Assembly (NCBI GenBank): GCA_963843575.1
Contig: CAWJKZ010000021.1
Coordinates: 158,962-222,961, forward strand
DNA: 64,000 nt
Source of the DNA: an uncultured Acidobacteriota bacterium
GTDB taxonomy: Bacteria; Acidobacteriota; UBA6911
Reading direction: 5' to 3'
Below, piece after piece: positions 61,023 to 64,000 of the stretch. The notes beneath the pieces were generated by a model. That model made no database searches and was not told where the DNA came from. It saw only the letters and a list, made by a program, of their open reading frames with translations. Both the position numbers and the translations under genes were made by a program. The first letter of the stretch is position 1. Each line of letters opens with the position of its first letter.

Positions 61023-64000
61023 ATGATTACCGAAGACCCCGAACGCAAAACGCAAGTTTATGCACAGGTCGAAGAACTGCTCCGGCGCAAGGCTCCGCAG
61101 GACGACCTGGAGCTTCTGTCGGCCTTCGCGCCGGTCATGTTTGCGGAGATGCCGGACAGCATCGCCCTGAGGCTCCCGCCCGAAGCCGTCGCCGAGAGGA
61201 TCTCGGCCCACTTTCGCTTTGTCGCGCGGGAGATGCCGCCGGCGATCCAGCTGTATCGGGGCCTGCCGGGCATCCACGTCTCCGCCCTGAATCCCACCGA
61301 GGAGGAGGCCCGCGCGACCGGGGGCGGGGCGGGGCTTCCCATCGAGACCACCGTCGTCCGGACCCACACGCTCGACGCCCCGTTCATATTCGAGAGCCTC
61401 AAGAACTACTTCAGCAAGGCGGGTCTGCGGGTTTTTTCGGCGGTGCACCCGATCTTTACCGTGCGGCGCCAGTGGGAGCGGGTGGTCGGCATCGCCGGGC
61501 CGCACGAGGAAGGCACGAGGGAGGTCTACTGTCAGTTCCAGATCGAACGGGTCGAGTCGAAGGAACGGCTGCGCCGGATCGAGCACGAGATTTTCTCCGT
61601 TTTGAAATCCGTGTTTCTGGCCGTCGAGGATTTCGCGGCGATGGTCCGCACCCTGGAAGGCATCGGGCCGAGGCTGCAGAGCCGGGCCGGGGATCCCGAG
61701 GAGGCCAAGTCCTCCCGCGAGTTCCTCTGCTGGCTCGCCGACGAGAACTATATATTCATGGGAACGGCTCGTTATGAGGCGGGGAGCAACGGCGACCCGG
61801 TCAGGGTGGAAGACAGCGTGCACGGGGTTTTCAAGGACCCGACCCTCCTCCCGGTCGTTTTCCCCGGGTTGCTCGAGGAAATCGAGTCGCGGATTCCCCC
61901 CGCCCCGGGCGACGATCACATCGTGGGGTTGGATTACTGCAAGAACGCCGCCGCGCTGCACCACCTCGATCCGATCGACTACGTCGTGATCCGCGAGTGG
62001 GACGCCGCCGGGAACTTCAGCGGCGCGACCCTCCTGCTGGGACGGTTCGCGCGCGGGACGTTCGTGCAGCGGGCCGACAGGATCCCCGTGCTCAAGGAGA
62101 AGGTCGACTCCATCCTCGAAGCCAGTGGGGCACTGCCGAATTCGCACATCCACCGCGAAATCCGCGCGACGTTCAACCGCCTGCCGCTGCGCGAGCTGTT
62201 TTATTCGGACCCGGCCTCACTCAAGTCCATCATCGACCAGGTCGTGTACATGATGGGGGACAACGAGCTGGCCGTGCACATCCGCAACGGCCGGGGGTAC
62301 ATCGCCCTGCTGATCGCCATCTCGCGCCTCCGCTACTCCTACGGGGCCGAAGAGAGCCTCACGCAGGCGTTCACCCGGTCGTTCGGCCCGATCCACTTCC
62401 ACACCTCGGCGGATTGCGGCGCGGTCAGCCTGATCATGTTCTATTTCGACGCGACACAGCTCGATCATCCCGTCGACGCGGAAGTCGTGCGCCGCATCAC
62501 CGAGCCCCTCGTCATGGACTGGGAAGGTCGCGTCGCTTCCGTGCTGGAACAGGCGTTCGGCGAACGGGAAGGGCGGCGCCTGTTCAACCGGTGGGTGCGC
62601 CAGGAGAGCCGCAGCGGACTCTACCGCGAGGTGACTCCGCCCGAACTGGTGCCCGACGACATCCGGCACCTGGAGAACCTGGAGAGCCGGCTCGAGGTCC
62701 GGGCCGTGCCGCGCACGGCCGAGAGCGCGATGCTGCACTTGTACTCGATGCGGTCGCTCGGCCTCACCGGGATCCTCTCGACCCTGAAAAACTTCGGGCT
62801 CACCGTCGTCGATGAGATACGGGTCCCCCTGACTCTCCCGGAAGGCCGGAAGTGCTACCTGTACCGTCTGGAAATACAGGCTCCCCCGGCGCGCATCGCA
62901 CACCTGCAGGCCGGCGGGGAGCGATTCATCGACGCCCTCCGCGCCGTCGACGAGGAACGCACGACCGAAGACGTCCTTAACGGTCTGATTTTGGACGCGG
63001 GGCTGGCCTGGCGCGAGATCGAGGTGCTCCGCACGCTGCGCAACCACCTCCTGCAGATCCGCCCGCACTACAACGCGGAGACGATCAACAGCGTGCTCCT
63101 GCGCAACAGTGCCGCGGCAGCGGCCCTGTTCCGGTCCTTCGCCTCCCGTTTCGACCCGGCCCTGGCCGGCGACCGGCAGGCTGCCATGCAGGAAGGGGCC
63201 CGCGGCATCCAGGCGGCGCTGGAGTCGGTACGGCTGCTCGCCGACGACGAAATTCTCCGGGCCCTGGACAACCTCAAGAGCGCTTCGTTGCGCACTAACT
63301 TCTTCCAGCGCCCGCAGCGCCCCGTCTTCGCCATCAAGATCGACAGCCGCAAGGTCGAGGGGATGCCCTCGCCGAGGCCGATGTTCGAAATCTACGTTCA
63401 CTCCCGGCTCCTCGAGGGGATTCACCTGCGCGGCGGCAAGGTGGCCCGGGGCGGCATCCGCTGGAGCGACCGGCACGACGATTTCCGGACCGAAATCCTC
63501 GGCCTGATGAAAACGCAGATGGTGAAAAACTCGATCATCGTCCCTGTCGGGTCCAAGGGAGGGTTCGTCCTGAAAGGGAACGTCCCCTCGCAACCCGCCC
63601 TGGATGCCTACGTCGTCGATCGCTACCGCGAGTTCGTTTCCGGGCTGCTCGACGTCACCGACAACATCGTCGACGGCCAGGTCGTCCATCCGCCCGAGGT
63701 GGTCCGTCTCGACGAAGACGATCCCTACCTGGTCGTGGCCGCCGACAAGGGGACCGCCCACCTTTCCAACACCGCCAACAGCGTCTCCAACCAGTACGGT
63801 TACTGGCTGGGCGACGCGTTCGCGTCGGGCGGCAGCCATGGCTACGACCACAAGAAGGTCGGCATCACCGCCCGCGGGGCCTGGGAGTGCGTCAAGCACC
63901 ACTTCCGCAACCTCGCGATGGACATCCAAAAGGAGCCCTTCACCGTCTGTGCCATCGGGGACATGGCCGGCGACGTTTTCGGCAACGGCATGCTCATGAG
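61023..64000 (+). CDS. gdhB: Large NAD-specific glutamate dehydrogenase (3'-partial)
   Basis: SPRPMFEIYV, EGIHLRGGKVARGGIRWSDR.DDFRTEILGLMKTQMVKN, PVGSKGGF, YLVVAADKGTA, GDAFASGGS.GYDHK, GDMAGDVFGNGML; the last motif is in frame with ATG 61023. Confidence 0.92.
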   Translation, partial: MITEDPERKTQVYAQVEELLRRKAPQDDLELLSAFAPVMFAEMPDSIALRLPPEAVAERISAHFRFVAREMPPAIQLYRGLPGIHVSALNPTEEEARATGGGAGLPIETTVVRTHTLDAPFIFESLKNYFSKAGLRVFSAVHPIFTVRRQWERVVGIAGPHEEGTREVYCQFQIERVESKERLRRIEHEIFSVLKSVFLAVEDFAAMVRTLEGIGPRLQSRAGDPEEAKSSREFLCWLADENYIFMGTARYEAGSNGDPVRVEDSVHGVFKDPTLLPVVFPGLLEEIESRIPPAPGDDHIVGLDYCKNAAALHHLDPIDYVVIREWDAAGNFSGATLLLGRFARGTFVQRADRIPVLKEKVDSILEASGALPNSHIHREIRATFNRLPLRELFYSDPASLKSIIDQVVYMMGDNELAVHIRNGRGYIALLIAISRLRYSYGAEESLTQAFTRSFGPIHFHTSADCGAVSLIMFYFDATQLDHPVDAEVVRRITEPLVMDWEGRVASVLEQAFGEREGRRLFNRWVRQESRSGLYREVTPPELVPDDIRHLENLESRLEVRAVPRTAESAMLHLYSMRSLGLTGILSTLKNFGLTVVDEIRVPLTLPEGRKCYLYRLEIQAPPARIAHLQAGGERFIDALRAVDEERTTEDVLNGLILDAGLAWREIEVLRTLRNHLLQIRPHYNAETINSVLLRNSAAAAALFRSFASRFDPALAGDRQAAMQEGARGIQAALESVRLLADDEILRALDNLKSASLRTNFFQRPQRPVFAIKIDSRKVEGMPSPRPMFEIYVHSRLLEGIHLRGGKVARGGIRWSDRHDDFRTEILGLMKTQMVKNSIIVPVGSKGGFVLKGNVPSQPALDAYVVDRYREFVSGLLDVTDNIVDGQVVHPPEVVRLDEDDPYLVVAADKGTAHLSNTANSVSNQYGYWLGDAFASGGSHGYDHKKVGITARGAWECVKHHFRNLAMDIQKEPFTVCAIGDMAGDVFGNGMLM

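Overview
A GC-rich bacterial chromosomal segment, probably Acidobacteriota (inferred from three VWA-domain proteins of the Acidobacterial type and several conserved hypotheticals). It holds about 55 genes and no rRNA, tRNA or CRISPR array that I could recognise. From about 6.5 kb to 35.5 kb nearly every long gene, including normally essential ones, is broken by small indels, while genes from 35.9 kb to the end (and most before 6.5 kb) are intact. I read those frameshifts as unpolished long-read errors, not pseudogenes. Main points: (1) a five-gene operon at 47.8-53.2 kb (arginine synthetase-like ArcE, OTC, carbamate kinase, an ATCase-like transcarbamylase, RocD), in which the ATCase-like protein keeps its carbamoyl-phosphate site but has a remodelled aspartate site, a candidate transcarbamylase of new specificity; (2) an F420 cluster (fno-cofD-cofC-cofE plus a PPOX-class enzyme) with no FO synthase in view, next to an ABC ATPase with four degenerate catalytic motifs; (3) a secreted chimeric fibre/adhesin with an S74-like chaperone tail; (4) a RES-Xre toxin-antitoxin pair with a candidate operator; (5) a LysW-like carrier lacking the EDWGE terminus; (6) several intergenic palindromic repeat families. 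All assignments come from motif recognition by eye; no database search was run.
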